IMG/VR virus record: IMGVR_UViG_3300044974_000721
Location: 7,228-71,227 of that record
Source of the DNA: a virus
DNA length: 64,000 nt
Reading direction: 5' to 3' (one strand)
Positions 17,944 to 29,200 of this stretch are shown one piece after another. The translations under genes and the position numbers were made by a program. Positions within the stretch are counted from its first letter, which is position 1, and every line of letters starts with the position of its first letter. The notes under the pieces were generated by a model, which saw only the letters and a program-made list of their open reading frames with translations, ran no database searches and was not told the origin of the DNA.

Positions 17944-18579
17944 CTCAATCTGTATTATAGAACTTACCTTACTTCTATTACTTATTATTGCTTTAGCAGC
18001 TCTATTATGCTCACAGTCTTTATACAAACTAAAGTCATCACATGTACAATTGTACCTTGTAACCATATTTGGTACTGAATCCTCTCCTGTAATTATAAAG
18101 TGGCTTCCCTTTACTTCTTTTATATAATACCCTCTACTTAAAATACTACATAGCAGTAAATCGTTATAGCTCGTCTCTACTATAGGCTTTGAAGGTAAAT
18201 CTATCTCTATATCCGAGGAGTTAAGAATATAAAGCAGTTTTCCATTTTTTATAGCTGAGTACTTTATACTTCTTTTTATTATCTCTTGTATATATAAGTT
18301 AGCTATAGATAACTCTAGAGTTGAATAGTCCATTTTTAAATTTAGGACTTGCGACTGTACTTGTACTATGTTTTTAGCGTATTGGTAGAAACCAGGTATT
18401 GACTCGAAGTTTATTTCTAAACTTTGTTCTTTGCTGTTAAGCATTGTATTATAGATCTGAACTTCTATACAGTTTGACAGCACTTTTGCTTCTTTAATAC
18501 TTAGGTCTTTATAGATATCAAAGAACGACAACAAAAAAGATTTAGATTCCATATATGAATGACAACCAATTAATATCAA
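17941..18579 (-). CDS. SWIM-type zinc-finger protein
   Basis: C-terminal CTCDDF......CEH matches the SWIM CxC...CxH pattern. Confidence 0.7.
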   Translation of the reverse strand: MILIGCHSYMESKSFLLSFFDIYKDLSIKEAKVLSNCIEVQIYNTMLNSKEQSLEINFESIPGFYQYAKNIVQVQSQVLNLKMDYSTLELSIANLYIQEIIKRSIKYSAIKNGKLLYILNSSDIEIDLPSKPIVETSYNDLLLCSILSRGYYIKEVKGSHFIITGEDSVPNMVTRYNCTCDDFSLYKDCEHNRAAKAIISNRSKVSSIIQIE

Positions 18580-19346
18580 TGCTAATGAACGGTACAGATT
18601 TACAAGAAGTAGCTAAAATAGATGTGGAGCCTATTGTAGCTCAATCAGAAGCACTCCTTAGAAAAGATGTACAAAAAGTGGTAGAAAGTCCCGCAGAAAG
18701 TCCCGCAGAAAGTCCTATAGAAAGTAAAACTTTAGGTACTAAAGACTTAATAAAGTTATCTGATTATGTATATTCTATGCCTGCAGGGGATTTAGGTATG
18801 CTAGAAAACTGTGGTGTACCTAATTATAGACTAGCGCAATGCTGCGCTAACTGCGCCTTTTCTGTATACGACCCCGTATTAAATAGCGCGCGCTGTGTTA
18901 AGTGGGATTGTTGTATAGTACCTGTATATTATTGTGATGAACATAAAGACCCCAGAAGTTTAATAAGTAAAGAGGATAATGTAGAAGAAACAGAGGAGAG
19001 AGAAGAGGAAGAGTATAAAGAAGAGATAGGCTTAGAAGTATTAAGTGAACAGCAGCCCCGCGCGGCTACATTTAATCAAGATTCTACCCCTCTAGAAGAC
19101 TCTACAACCCCTCTAGAAGACTCTATAAGCCCTTTAGATTCTTCTCACAATACAACCTCTATAACTTCACCCGACACCCCCTTACAACTAATATCTAACC
19201 ACTATAAAGACCAAGAACTCTTTTTAGCCGCAACTACTAATGTCCCCGCTATTGAACCTGAGGTATACAAACAAGCTTATATTAAGAAGAAGTATTTACA
19301 GCTCTATAAAGAAAAGTATGGTTCTTTTGAAGGAGCTGTTATTTAG
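18555..19346 (+). CDS. Hypothetical protein with Cys/His metal-binding cluster and acidic low-complexity linker
   Basis: 263 aa; CCANCAF...RCVKW......YCDEH; ESPA and PLEDS repeats. Confidence 0.6.
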   Translation: MNDNQLISMLMNGTDLQEVAKIDVEPIVAQSEALLRKDVQKVVESPAESPAESPIESKTLGTKDLIKLSDYVYSMPAGDLGMLENCGVPNYRLAQCCANCAFSVYDPVLNSARCVKWDCCIVPVYYCDEHKDPRSLISKEDNVEETEEREEEEYKEEIGLEVLSEQQPRAATFNQDSTPLEDSTTPLEDSISPLDSSHNTTSITSPDTPLQLISNHYKDQELFLAATTNVPAIEPEVYKQAYIKKKYLQLYKEKYGSFEGAVI

Positions 19347-19375
19347 TTTTATATACTTTTAACATTACAGTTAAT

Positions 19376-20362
19376 ATGACCAAGTTTATAGAGATACAAA
19401 AGCAAGAACTAGCTGAAGTATCAAATTCAGTAAAAAAGCTATTAAAAGTACCTATAGCAACAATAGGAAGTTGGGTACACCCAGAGTACGGTGAGGTAAA
19501 GTTTTCTCAAGAGGATTTTAGCCAGATAGTAGGTAATTGGAGTAATAATATAGCAGGGTACGAACCTCCTTTATTTTTAGGTCATCCTACAGATATAAAT
19601 AGTGTAGAAGGAGCCCCTTCAGTAGGTTTTTTAGAGAAACTATACCAAGAGGGTTCTGTATTATATGGTTTATTTGACCCCGTAGACGATAAAGTATTTA
19701 ACGATGTTGCTAAAGGGTCATACAGATACTCAAGTGCAGAGTTGTCCAGAAACGCTTTAAGCAAAGAGACTGGTGAATCTATAGGAACTTTACTGCGCGG
19801 GGCTGCGCTTACTAACAGACCTTTTCTAACTGGCTTACCTCGTGTAGAAGCTGTTTACCAACAGTTTAGTGAACAACAACCTGAATCAAATTTTACCTTT
19901 TTATTTCATTTAAATACTATGTCAAACTCTTTTGAAACTACAGCTGCAGCTCCCTCTGTATCTGTCTCTGAACAAAAACTGGCCGAAGTCGCCGCTGATT
20001 TAACTCTTAAACTTGAAGAACTCAGCAAAAAACTAGAAGCTACTGAACTTAAACTCTCCGAAGCTAACTCCGAAATCGACCGCCTGACTTCAGAGTCAAC
20101 TCTTAAACAAGTTTCTCTTCTAAATATCTCCTCTGATACTAAACAGGTATTCTCTGAACTATTACCCTCCCTCAGCAAACAACAACGTCAAGAACAATTA
20201 GAAAAACTTATTAAACTCTCTGAAGGTAACTCCCTAAAGTTTAATGAGCCTCAAGGTCAATCTAAACCAGATACCTCTGACCAACCTTCTAACCCTTACG
20301 AAGATATCATTAAACGTAATCAACAAGTCTTTGCTGACCTTCAGAAGGCTAAACTCTACTAA
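19376..20362 (+). CDS. Prohead protease/scaffold (Mu I-like)
   Basis: LGH, YRYSSAE and GAALTNRPFL motifs; C-terminal coiled-coil scaffold; immediately upstream of the capsid gene. Confidence 0.85.
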   Translation: MTKFIEIQKQELAEVSNSVKKLLKVPIATIGSWVHPEYGEVKFSQEDFSQIVGNWSNNIAGYEPPLFLGHPTDINSVEGAPSVGFLEKLYQEGSVLYGLFDPVDDKVFNDVAKGSYRYSSAELSRNALSKETGESIGTLLRGAALTNRPFLTGLPRVEAVYQQFSEQQPESNFTFLFHLNTMSNSFETTAAAPSVSVSEQKLAEVAADLTLKLEELSKKLEATELKLSEANSEIDRLTSESTLKQVSLLNISSDTKQVFSELLPSLSKQQRQEQLEKLIKLSEGNSLKFNEPQGQSKPDTSDQPSNPYEDIIKRNQQVFADLQKAKLY

Positions 20363-20413
20363 TTATACCCATATAGAAAATATTCTTTGTTTTAATCTTT
20401 ATAGGAATTTATT

Positions 20414-21730
20414 ATGACAATCCCATTTGATGCTGAAGTAAGCCCTTATAAGTATATAGGGGATGAATACACTTTTGGTTCGTTACAGCTAACAATGTTA
20501 GCAAGGTCATTTGAACAGTTAGCAGTAACTTCGTTACAAGAGTTTTTCCCCTCAAGATTAATTAATGAGCGGACTATTGTAGTTGAACAAATTATTGAAG
20601 GCGTAGGTATTATGCCTATCGTTCGCTTTGGTGTTCCTAGCGGCGGTTATTTAGAACAAAACCGCGTCCGCTCAATGACCGCCCGCCCCGCTGTTGTTCG
20701 TGAAGATGATTTTATTGAACAACATTTTATTAACCAAGTACGCCGTGTCGGTACTTTTAATGAAGCTTACCGCCCTGAAGAATTTATCCAACGCCGCGTT
20801 CAACAACTTGTTGCTCGCCATTCTCGTACTAAAGACCTTTTTATTACTAAAGCTCTTCTCGGTGGTATAAAGTATACTGACCCTCGTACTGGCGTTAGTA
20901 TAGATGTATCTTCTAATATTCCTGCTCATAACTTATTTAAGTACGACGGTTATAACAGTACCGCTGCTTCCGGTGATTTGAATGTCGCTGGCTCTGGATT
21001 AAAAGCTAATAAAGCTCTAAGTAACACTAAGGGCAGACCTGAAGCTCTTATGTTTAAATCTACTGATGGTCGCTGCGCTGTGCCTTGGACTGATAATAAA
21101 GCAGATATTATTTACTGCTTACGTCTTATTAAAGAATATCTTTATAAAACTAACAAAAACCGCCCTACTGATATCATAATGAGCTCCGATTTACTCACTA
21201 TCTTAATGGAAAATGAGTATATTAAAGCTCTAAGCAATGTACCTGGCGTTGTAATTCTTAACCAACCAACCACCTCAGTTGCTGGTAATGCTAATATTGC
21301 TTCTACCTCTAATACCCCAGCAAGCTATATCACAATGGGTGCAGGTGGCGAAATCTCTTCTATCGCAGGCCTTCGCATTATTGGCGTAGATGGTCTATAC
21401 CGCGACCCTGTAGATAATGTTATTAAAACCTATTGGCCTGCTCATAAAGTCGCTATCGTCTCCCGGTCCGCTTCTGGTGACCCCTCCTCTACTCTAGGCT
21501 TTACTTACCACTGTAGCGGTGAAGCCCCAGATGGTCAGCCCGGAATGTACATGCGCACCTCCGCTATGTCTGAACCCCCCGCACCTCCAGGTCGTGTAAT
21601 GCAGCTCGGTGACGCTTTCCTCCCTGTTGTTATTTACCCTCACTGGATTTCTATCCTTGATGTGTGCGAACCTAATGAACTATCCAATAAGTTCATTATT
21701 CAATCCAACCTCAGCTACGGTACTTTCTAA
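20414..21730 (+). CDS. Major capsid protein (HK97 fold, lambda gpE-like family)
   Basis: 438 aa following the protease gene; FFP, P.VR.G, ALLGG and FLPVV.YP patterns of gpE-like capsids. Confidence 0.8.
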   Translation: MTIPFDAEVSPYKYIGDEYTFGSLQLTMLARSFEQLAVTSLQEFFPSRLINERTIVVEQIIEGVGIMPIVRFGVPSGGYLEQNRVRSMTARPAVVREDDFIEQHFINQVRRVGTFNEAYRPEEFIQRRVQQLVARHSRTKDLFITKALLGGIKYTDPRTGVSIDVSSNIPAHNLFKYDGYNSTAASGDLNVAGSGLKANKALSNTKGRPEALMFKSTDGRCAVPWTDNKADIIYCLRLIKEYLYKTNKNRPTDIIMSSDLLTILMENEYIKALSNVPGVVILNQPTTSVAGNANIASTSNTPASYITMGAGGEISSIAGLRIIGVDGLYRDPVDNVIKTYWPAHKVAIVSRSASGDPSSTLGFTYHCSGEAPDGQPGMYMRTSAMSEPPAPPGRVMQLGDAFLPVVIYPHWISILDVCEPNELSNKFIIQSNLSYGTF

Positions 21731-21807
21731 TTCTTTTACTCCTAGTCTTTTTTCTAGGAGTATACACATACTTATAAACATCATAAACATATTATTAAGA
21801 GGTTTAA

Positions 21808-22596
21808 ATGACCACTCCTATTGAATTACAGGTAGCACCTGGTTTCCGTTTTTTAAAAGATTTATATCCTGAATCTAGAGGCATGGGGCTTAGCTATTAT
21901 CCCTACTCCTCTATCTACTCTGGTTTAGTTCCTAGTTGGACTGCAACAGCTGGTAATTTGTCTACTCCTCCAGCTCAAACTGTATCTATTAGTGCAGGTT
22001 CAGCTTATTTAGATAGCCAATTGTCTACTTTAGCTAGTTCTGTAGATATAACAGTACCTACAACTTCCGCAGCAGTTGGCGATAACTATTATTATATTAT
22101 TCTTAACCCTAGCCGCCGCGTTGTCCCTTATGTTGGCTCTACTAAACCTTCTACTCTATTAAATGGTGATAGTGTTACTGAAGGAGATTGGGCAGTTCAA
22201 TGCGCTGATTTAGATGAATACCTGATCGCTAATTCTTTCTTTAAAAGAGTAGGCTCTTCTTGGCAACAATCTATCTCTAACGACCCTATTAACGATCTTA
22301 TCTTCCAAGCCCCTATTGTCCCTTCCCAAAAAGGTAAAAACCGTCATTGGGGTAACCAAGTAGCTTCTAAGGTTACTGCTTCTAACTTCCAAGTAAATAT
22401 TGTTGAAAAACGTGTTTATATCGGCAGCGTTTACCCCCCATATGTTAACTCTAACTCTTTGGCTCTCTTACGCGATTGCGCTTCCCTTCATATTGCTACT
22501 CTGGTTATTAACTTTAATGAGGGCACTGGTACTGCTAGAACCTTAAATACTGATAAAAGCTATTTGACAGTAGTAAATAACGTTAAGAACCCTTAG
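21808..22596 (+). CDS. Putative head decoration/virion structural protein
   Basis: 262 aa, beta-rich (TVSISAGSAYLD), directly after the capsid gene. Confidence 0.5.
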   Translation: MTTPIELQVAPGFRFLKDLYPESRGMGLSYYPYSSIYSGLVPSWTATAGNLSTPPAQTVSISAGSAYLDSQLSTLASSVDITVPTTSAAVGDNYYYIILNPSRRVVPYVGSTKPSTLLNGDSVTEGDWAVQCADLDEYLIANSFFKRVGSSWQQSISNDPINDLIFQAPIVPSQKGKNRHWGNQVASKVTASNFQVNIVEKRVYIGSVYPPYVNSNSLALLRDCASLHIATLVINFNEGTGTARTLNTDKSYLTVVNNVKNP

Positions 22597-22627
22597 AACC
22601 AATAGTAGTTAAAAGTAAAAGGTTTGT

Positions 22628-23218
22628 ATGAGTTATAGACTATTAGCTGTAAAACCGGAAATATTATATATAAATGGGAAAGGTCAAACAGTAACAGCCG
22701 GAGACTGTCTACATCTAAGTAATGTAGACGCTCAAGCTTTATTAGCCTCACCTATTAGTTCTTCTTTTGTTGTTATTGCTAGTGATGACCCCCAAGACGT
22801 TACACAATTATCTAGCTTTACTGAAGGGTCCGCTACTGAAACTGTAGCCCCTCCTCAAGAAAACTCTGTTTTGGGATCTGCTGTAACTGACCCTTTGGAG
22901 GAAGTTTATGGGGAGTACAAACAAGATGGCGAACCTCTCTTTGCTTCTCTACAGAACCCCCAATCTTTACCTTCTACTGAGCCCTCTCTAGACCCTTCCC
23001 CTATAACCGGCTTTGACTCCGAAATTATTCGAGTTTTAGGTGAAACCCCTAACTGGAAAAGCTTAGTTAATTATGTTAGAGAACTCGGTACCCAATCCCT
23101 TCCTAACCTTGAACTTATAAACTATATCCAGCAAAAGTATTCTTCTATGGGATCTGTAGTTAATGAGTGCAAACGCGTTATTACCTCTATTCAAGAAAAA
23201 CAGATAGAAGAAAACTAA
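22628..23218 (+). CDS. Hypothetical protein
   Basis: 196-aa ORF in the head operon, tightly abutting the next gene. Confidence 0.65.
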   Translation: MSYRLLAVKPEILYINGKGQTVTAGDCLHLSNVDAQALLASPISSSFVVIASDDPQDVTQLSSFTEGSATETVAPPQENSVLGSAVTDPLEEVYGEYKQDGEPLFASLQNPQSLPSTEPSLDPSPITGFDSEIIRVLGETPNWKSLVNYVRELGTQSLPNLELINYIQQKYSSMGSVVNECKRVITSIQEKQIEEN

Positions 23219-23219
23219 T

Positions 23220-24860
23220 ATGAGCATTCAGTTAAACTTTTCAGATAGATTTAGCTATCCCGCGCCAAACGGCATCCCCGGATATCCCTCTGATAGTATG
23301 GATAGTTTAACTGAGGCTCAAATATTAGAAGCCTCGTCTGAACTGTCTAGTATGGTAGACATTGTTAGACGGGCTTCTGTCCTTTTGAGACGTAAATCCG
23401 CTCTAGAAATCTTTAAAATAATTACCTTTGAATCGGACCCCCGTATCGCTCTTATTCTAGCTTCTGCTAAACGTCGCTCTGATAGTACTTACCTATTCCA
23501 GGGTCTTACTCAAGTACAAGAAGTTATGTTTGCCTCTACTCAACGAGGGGTCTCTGGTCAAACTAACCGAAATCTCTTCTCTGATGGCATAAAACGTGTC
23601 TCTGCTATACTAACTGCTTCTGTCTTAATAGGACAGTTAGCTCAAGTAACAGAGCAAGCTGAACATTCTAAAGTTCTTGAAAAGCAAGCTCTTGAAGATT
23701 TAGATAGAATTTGCTTAACCTATGAATTATCCAGCAGCACTTCTAGTGGTCATTTAGCTGAGATTGAAGAGCAGCCCGGTTTTATCTTTAACTCTACTAA
23801 TATAGTATTAAATACCTCTGAATCTGTTAGGGTTAGTTGGTATGCTACCCATTTAACTAACTCTTGGATTAATTTACCTCCTTATACTTCTTCATTGCCT
23901 GTATGGCGTATAGTATCAGATTTAGCTGACTCTATTAATGCTGTAAGTGTCTTATATGAAGGCATAGGCTTAGTAGCATCAGTACAGTTAGCAGGTAAGA
24001 AGAATGAATTTTATTCAAATACTCATATCCTTAGGTTTTATGCCCGGAATACAAACTCAGGATTAACAACATACTCTTTAAATATAAAGATAGAAAAATA
24101 CACCGATACTACTTCTACTAATGTTTCCCCGTTTGTATGGGGTATTAATATGAATTCATTAACTAGTAATATCCTTAATGGTTTAATTCTAGTTATAAAA
24201 GATAGTAAGACATCTACTATAAATAAAGATGTAGAGATAGAGCCCCAGGTATTATATATAAGAAACAAAGTACAGTATAGTGTAGGAGGTCCAACACCTC
24301 CAACTACAGCTAAAGTAAAGTATAGATTGCAGTTTTGGTCCCCTACTGAAATAATATCAAGTACAGACTTTCAAGAGATAACAATAACAAGAAGAATAGA
24401 TAGTAACGCTGAGGTACAAAAAGACTTAGATAATTTAAGGTACTCACAGGTAGCTGTTAGTTTAATGGAAGCTATTACTGTTGAAAGAAATTATTCTGGC
24501 ATGACCGGAGCGTTAATAAAAAATGATCCTTTAACTGCTTACCCCCCAGAAGCTGCTATTGAACTAATTGCTTGGACTCTTTCTAGATTAAATGTGTATG
24601 TAGTATTAGATATATTAGAGGTTCCTATAGATATTGATATAGCTACAGGTAATCTTATGAGCGCGTATAGTTTATATAGTAGTAATCCAAAATCTGTGAG
24701 AGTACAAGCAAGAACGTTAGCCGGCGGGGCTATAATTAACAATACCTCTTATACACAACCCCCTCTATTATCAACCCAACCTAAACGTAGTAATATACTG
24801 CGTAACATAGAAGACGAAGTGAAGAATTTAGGATACGGTCAATGGCCACAAATACTGTAG
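23220..24860 (+). CDS. Putative head-tail adaptor/neck protein with C-terminal extension
   Basis: 546 aa; the N-terminal helical part ending ALEDLDRI resembles Mu gp36-like adaptors; lies between head and sheath genes. Confidence 0.4.
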   Translation: MSIQLNFSDRFSYPAPNGIPGYPSDSMDSLTEAQILEASSELSSMVDIVRRASVLLRRKSALEIFKIITFESDPRIALILASAKRRSDSTYLFQGLTQVQEVMFASTQRGVSGQTNRNLFSDGIKRVSAILTASVLIGQLAQVTEQAEHSKVLEKQALEDLDRICLTYELSSSTSSGHLAEIEEQPGFIFNSTNIVLNTSESVRVSWYATHLTNSWINLPPYTSSLPVWRIVSDLADSINAVSVLYEGIGLVASVQLAGKKNEFYSNTHILRFYARNTNSGLTTYSLNIKIEKYTDTTSTNVSPFVWGINMNSLTSNILNGLILVIKDSKTSTINKDVEIEPQVLYIRNKVQYSVGGPTPPTTAKVKYRLQFWSPTEIISSTDFQEITITRRIDSNAEVQKDLDNLRYSQVAVSLMEAITVERNYSGMTGALIKNDPLTAYPPEAAIELIAWTLSRLNVYVVLDILEVPIDIDIATGNLMSAYSLYSSNPKSVRVQARTLAGGAIINNTSYTQPPLLSTQPKRSNILRNIEDEVKNLGYGQWPQIL

Positions 24861-26026
24861 ACACTCAAGCATTAGATAATGTATTTCCTACTCATGACCA
24901 AGCAGTATTAGCACTACTTAGTGCTATTCTAAATCACCCTGAGATAAAAAATAGTCAAATATATTATCCTGTGTTATTAGGAGAGTCCTCAGTAACCGAG
25001 CGTATTACAATAACAAGCGCTAGAGATTTTAGCGGTATCGAATTAATAGAGCCGGGGCTAACTTTAGCTGTTTTTCCTTTACATGATGATTACGACCAAA
25101 AGTCTTCTACTTTTACAGCCCGTAAGTCTACTAAGTCTGTTATATATGACGACCAGTATCTCGGCAGAAGCTCTACTTATAACTATGGCGTTAAATGCAC
25201 CTTTAACTTTGTAGTCCAACTCTATTATCAAGATTCTATTTTTAACGCCCCTGTAGAGCTTTTATCCGATGTCGTAAACTTTGACAGCGAAACCCCAGGT
25301 TTTTACCCCTTAACTATCCCCGCTGTTGACTCTATTCAATATAAAGATAGATTACTCCCCCCTAACATTCTTAGCCTTCAAGAACGTCTTCAATCTTCTC
25401 TCTTTGAATTCCCTTTCTCTGAAAACCCTAATGTACCAGGTACAACTCTAAAAAAACCTACTAAGTTACGCTCGGATCCTCAAACTCTCTCTAAAGAATC
25501 TAGATTAGGTGGTTTAGATAGCTCCGTCTCTGTAACTACTCTGCCCGGAGAACGTATTATAAGATCTTGGATGTCTTTATTAGTTAAAGTTATACGGTCT
25601 TTAGTCTACCTTAAACCCTTTGCTCTAAGAAACCCTACTATTAGTATGGTTGATTATCCCTCTACTAATTGGTATAGAAACTCTGAAAACTTAGTATTTC
25701 ATACCGGTTACTGTTTGGTTAGCTATGACTTAATTGAGGCAGATGAACATACTGTATACTCTTTTCCTCAACCACCAAATGATCCTGACCCTTTTGACCC
25801 CCCAGAACCCCCAGAACCTCCTTTTCCTAATGTTAATGAATTAGTTATTCAACACGAAGTTGATAACCCTATAACTATAAATTTAACTTCCCAAGAACAA
25901 CCTCTTACCCCTAGCTCAGAATTACAAACAGAACGAATTGTTTATGCCCAACCCGATAACGAAGTGAAACTCTCTCAAATCCGTGAGATGTTAAATCTAC
26001 TTAATGTAGACGGTGGATTTTTTTAA
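24842..26026 (+). CDS. Putative neck/tail completion protein
   Basis: 394 aa upstream of the sheath gene; Pro-rich linker and C-terminal VDGGFF. Confidence 0.4.
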   Translation: MATNTVDTQALDNVFPTHDQAVLALLSAILNHPEIKNSQIYYPVLLGESSVTERITITSARDFSGIELIEPGLTLAVFPLHDDYDQKSSTFTARKSTKSVIYDDQYLGRSSTYNYGVKCTFNFVVQLYYQDSIFNAPVELLSDVVNFDSETPGFYPLTIPAVDSIQYKDRLLPPNILSLQERLQSSLFEFPFSENPNVPGTTLKKPTKLRSDPQTLSKESRLGGLDSSVSVTTLPGERIIRSWMSLLVKVIRSLVYLKPFALRNPTISMVDYPSTNWYRNSENLVFHTGYCLVSYDLIEADEHTVYSFPQPPNDPDPFDPPEPPEPPFPNVNELVIQHEVDNPITINLTSQEQPLTPSSELQTERIVYAQPDNEVKLSQIREMLNLLNVDGGFF

Positions 26027-26056
26027 CAACTACACTACCTTTATATAACTTTTAGT

Positions 26057-26236
26057 ATGAATAGTGTTTACTACCGTTTTCATAAACAAACTGGTTGCTT
26101 TGCTGGAGAAACTTCTCAACCAGTTAATGACGAACTTTTTAGTTCTACCCCAATACCTTATCCTTTTTATGACTTTGATAGCCAAGAGCCTATTTGGGAC
26201 GGCTTTTCTTGGTCTATAAAGAATATTCTTATATAA
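26057..26236 (+). CDS. Small tail-fibre-assembly-like protein (59 aa, below the ORF-track cutoff)
   Basis: MNSVYYRFHKQTGCFAGE...STPIPYP......PIWDGFSW matches the Y.F...TG.F.G...T..P....WDG..W pattern of Tfa-like chaperones. Confidence 0.6.
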   Translation: MNSVYYRFHKQTGCFAGETSQPVNDELFSSTPIPYPFYDFDSQEPIWDGFSWSIKNILI

Positions 26237-26268
26237 AATTACTTATTCTTATACTTATTTAAACTTAT

Positions 26269-29200
26269 ATGCCTGCACCTAGTATTAAATTTATAGACAG
26301 TTTGGTAGGACCCTCTCCTGTAACTAAGCAATGGCGAGACTTAGTTGGAGTTGTAGGTACTTTTAGTAGAGGACCCGAAATCCCTATTGAAGTAGAAGAC
26401 ATAAAAACCTTTGCTAGTACTTATGGTGTAGATTCTAGCACCGGGTCTTTATTTGTGCAACAAGCTATGGCTAACGGATTAAACCGTTTTGTTGTTGTTA
26501 GGTCTTCTGCTAGCTCTAATCCCGCTTCCTCTAAAATTACATTCTCTTCTGAAAGCCCTCAGTTAAGCCCACAAGTTGGTTTTGTTAGAGTAGGTAACTC
26601 CCTTGAACCTTCTAGTCAAAGAACTACTGGTTTTAAACTGGACTTTAATTACATAGGCAAACCAATTGTTACTAACTCTATCTACACAACTGTAGATACT
26701 CGCCGTGGCCAGGTTAATTTGCCAAGTTTTCAAGGTATAGCTCGCTTTAATTTCTTTGTTACTAAAGCAGTTGAAGGACGCAGCTCTTCTAATATTCTTC
26801 ACTCTGAATCTAACTTGAACAGCTTAACTATTGAGGTGGATACTGTACACTCCCCCTCTCCTGGTTATATTGTTGGGTTAATAAAAAAAGATGCCTTAAA
26901 CTACTCGTTATTAAAAGAGTATATCCGCCCAGGATACTCTTTAACTTTAGTCGCTGAGACACCATCTGATGACTTAATTATTGCTTCTAGTATTATAGAA
27001 AATTACTCTTTAGACTATGATGCTATCCTGTTACGGTCTGATAAAAAACACAGCCATGTCGTTTGGGGTTTAGCTCAGGGTATAGAAAATACTACTACTT
27101 CCTCTAGTAAACTTAGAGTAGGTAAAATCAGAACTATATTGGGTAATTATAGCTCTCAAGTCTCTACTGGTACTCCCTCTGTTGAAACTTCTACTTTTAA
27201 AGCTCTCAAACAGATGGTACTTTTAATTGACGGCAAGGAGTATACTCAATCTTCAGCTCCAGTAGCTATAACTACTGGAGTATACCCAATCAATACCTCA
27301 GTAGCTACTGAAAACTCTACAGGCCAAGACTTACCCTTTAGCTTTGATGACCTTATTGACGAGAGTATTAGTGAAGCAACTAATTTAGAAAATATTGATG
27401 GTACTTCTTTTGAGTTTAGTTTAAGCGGGAGTATTCCCTCTATACAAGGAGGCAGTTCTGTTAGTTTTCTTCCAGTTGTAGAAACTGTTACTAACTCTAA
27501 CAATTCTAGTACTTTTACTGTTACTGGTTTGTTTTCTGCTTTGCTTACTAATAGTACTGACGCTAAACGTCTTCAATCTTCTACTAAAGATAACTACTAT
27601 ATAGTTATAAATAATATTAAGTACTCTATAACACAGGTTGCTGCTTCTACAGATGACCATAAACTAGATATAACAGTAGCTGGAACGGTATCAGGTGTTG
27701 AAGGTAAAGCTGTTTATATATACTATGAACCTAATACTGCAGACCAATCATTCCAAATAAGGGCGCCTAGGGTAGCTCAATATGTACTGGGTTACTCCTT
27801 TGATAGTCAATCTGGTAGTTTAGGAAATGATTATTTTACTTTAAGACAGGATTACAACACAGGCACCTATAATGTTGCTTTAGATAATACTTTCTTGTTA
27901 ACAGAAATGTCAGCCGGCCGCTACATTTCTTTTGGTTACTTTATCAAACCTTTGTTTGAAACAGAATTTGATAATAAGGCTTACCCCCTAAATACCAAAA
28001 GCTTTGGTATAGAACTCATATTCGGCGCTCAATCTAATAATATTTCTTCTTTACCTTTAGCTGAGGGAGGATCTTTTTCTGTTCCTTTTGCTAAAACATC
28101 AATTAGTGTCGGTTCCTCTACTAGCACTTCTGCTACCTCTTTTAAAGACGGAGATAGTTTTACTGAAATTGTAAAAGACTTTGAATCTGCTCTGCGCTCT
28201 AATAATATTATTTCTTCTTTGATAAATAACATTACTATAGAAGAATCTATACTTGTTAATGGATTACAGGAATTTAGACCTACTATTACTCTTAACTCAA
28301 CCCATAGTGGAGACCAAGCTAATAGAATTAACTGGTCCTTAACTAGATATACAACTGATGCTAGTACAGTAACAGAAGCAAATAAAGTAAAAGATGTTAT
28401 CTTAGGTAATTCTATAGGTAATTTTGGTAAAATACATTATTTTGAAGGAGGCTACAACGGGTCTCAAGCTGCTTTTAGAGATTTATACTCGGCTGACGGC
28501 ACTTTGTTGTGGAGAATAGAAGCTGTTACACCTGGAGTGCACGGAAATAACATTTCTTGCTCAGTTCGTAACCAAAAAACATCAGGTAAAAATAGCTCTT
28601 TTGAGTTGGAAGTTCAAGATCTTAATACTACAGTTATAGCTTCTGACTCTCGCTTTGTTACTACTGTTACTACAGCTAATTTAGATTTTACTACCGGACG
28701 TAGTTTAGCTTTTAGCACTACTAGCTTAGTTCAAATTTACTTTATGCCTGTAGTTAATTCTTTAGCTAGAAATGTAACTATAGATAGTACTCATAAAGTA
28801 TTTAGATTAGTTCCCCAACGTTTGGCACCACCTTTACAACGTATTAGTTCCGCTTTTTCTGGGGGCGATACCGGGTTCTCTCGTCAAGGTGCCAGTGTTC
28901 TTTCTCTATTCTATTTAAGTAACGGTAGTGATAGTACTCAACAAAACCCCTCTAAACAATCACTAGCTCAAGGCTTAGTTAAAGGTATTACTTCTTTAGA
29001 TAGTATTAATCTAGCCTGTTTGGCTCTCCCAGGTATTTACTATGGAGACCCAGATTTTGATGCTGTATTTGAAAAAGCTATTGATAGTGTTAACAAATCA
29101 ACACCAGAAAGTGGGTTAAGGTCCGCTGTATTTGAGCTTCCACCTGGTATAGACCCGGATAGAGCTAAGTTATTAGCTGATAGATTAGATAACGAACGAA

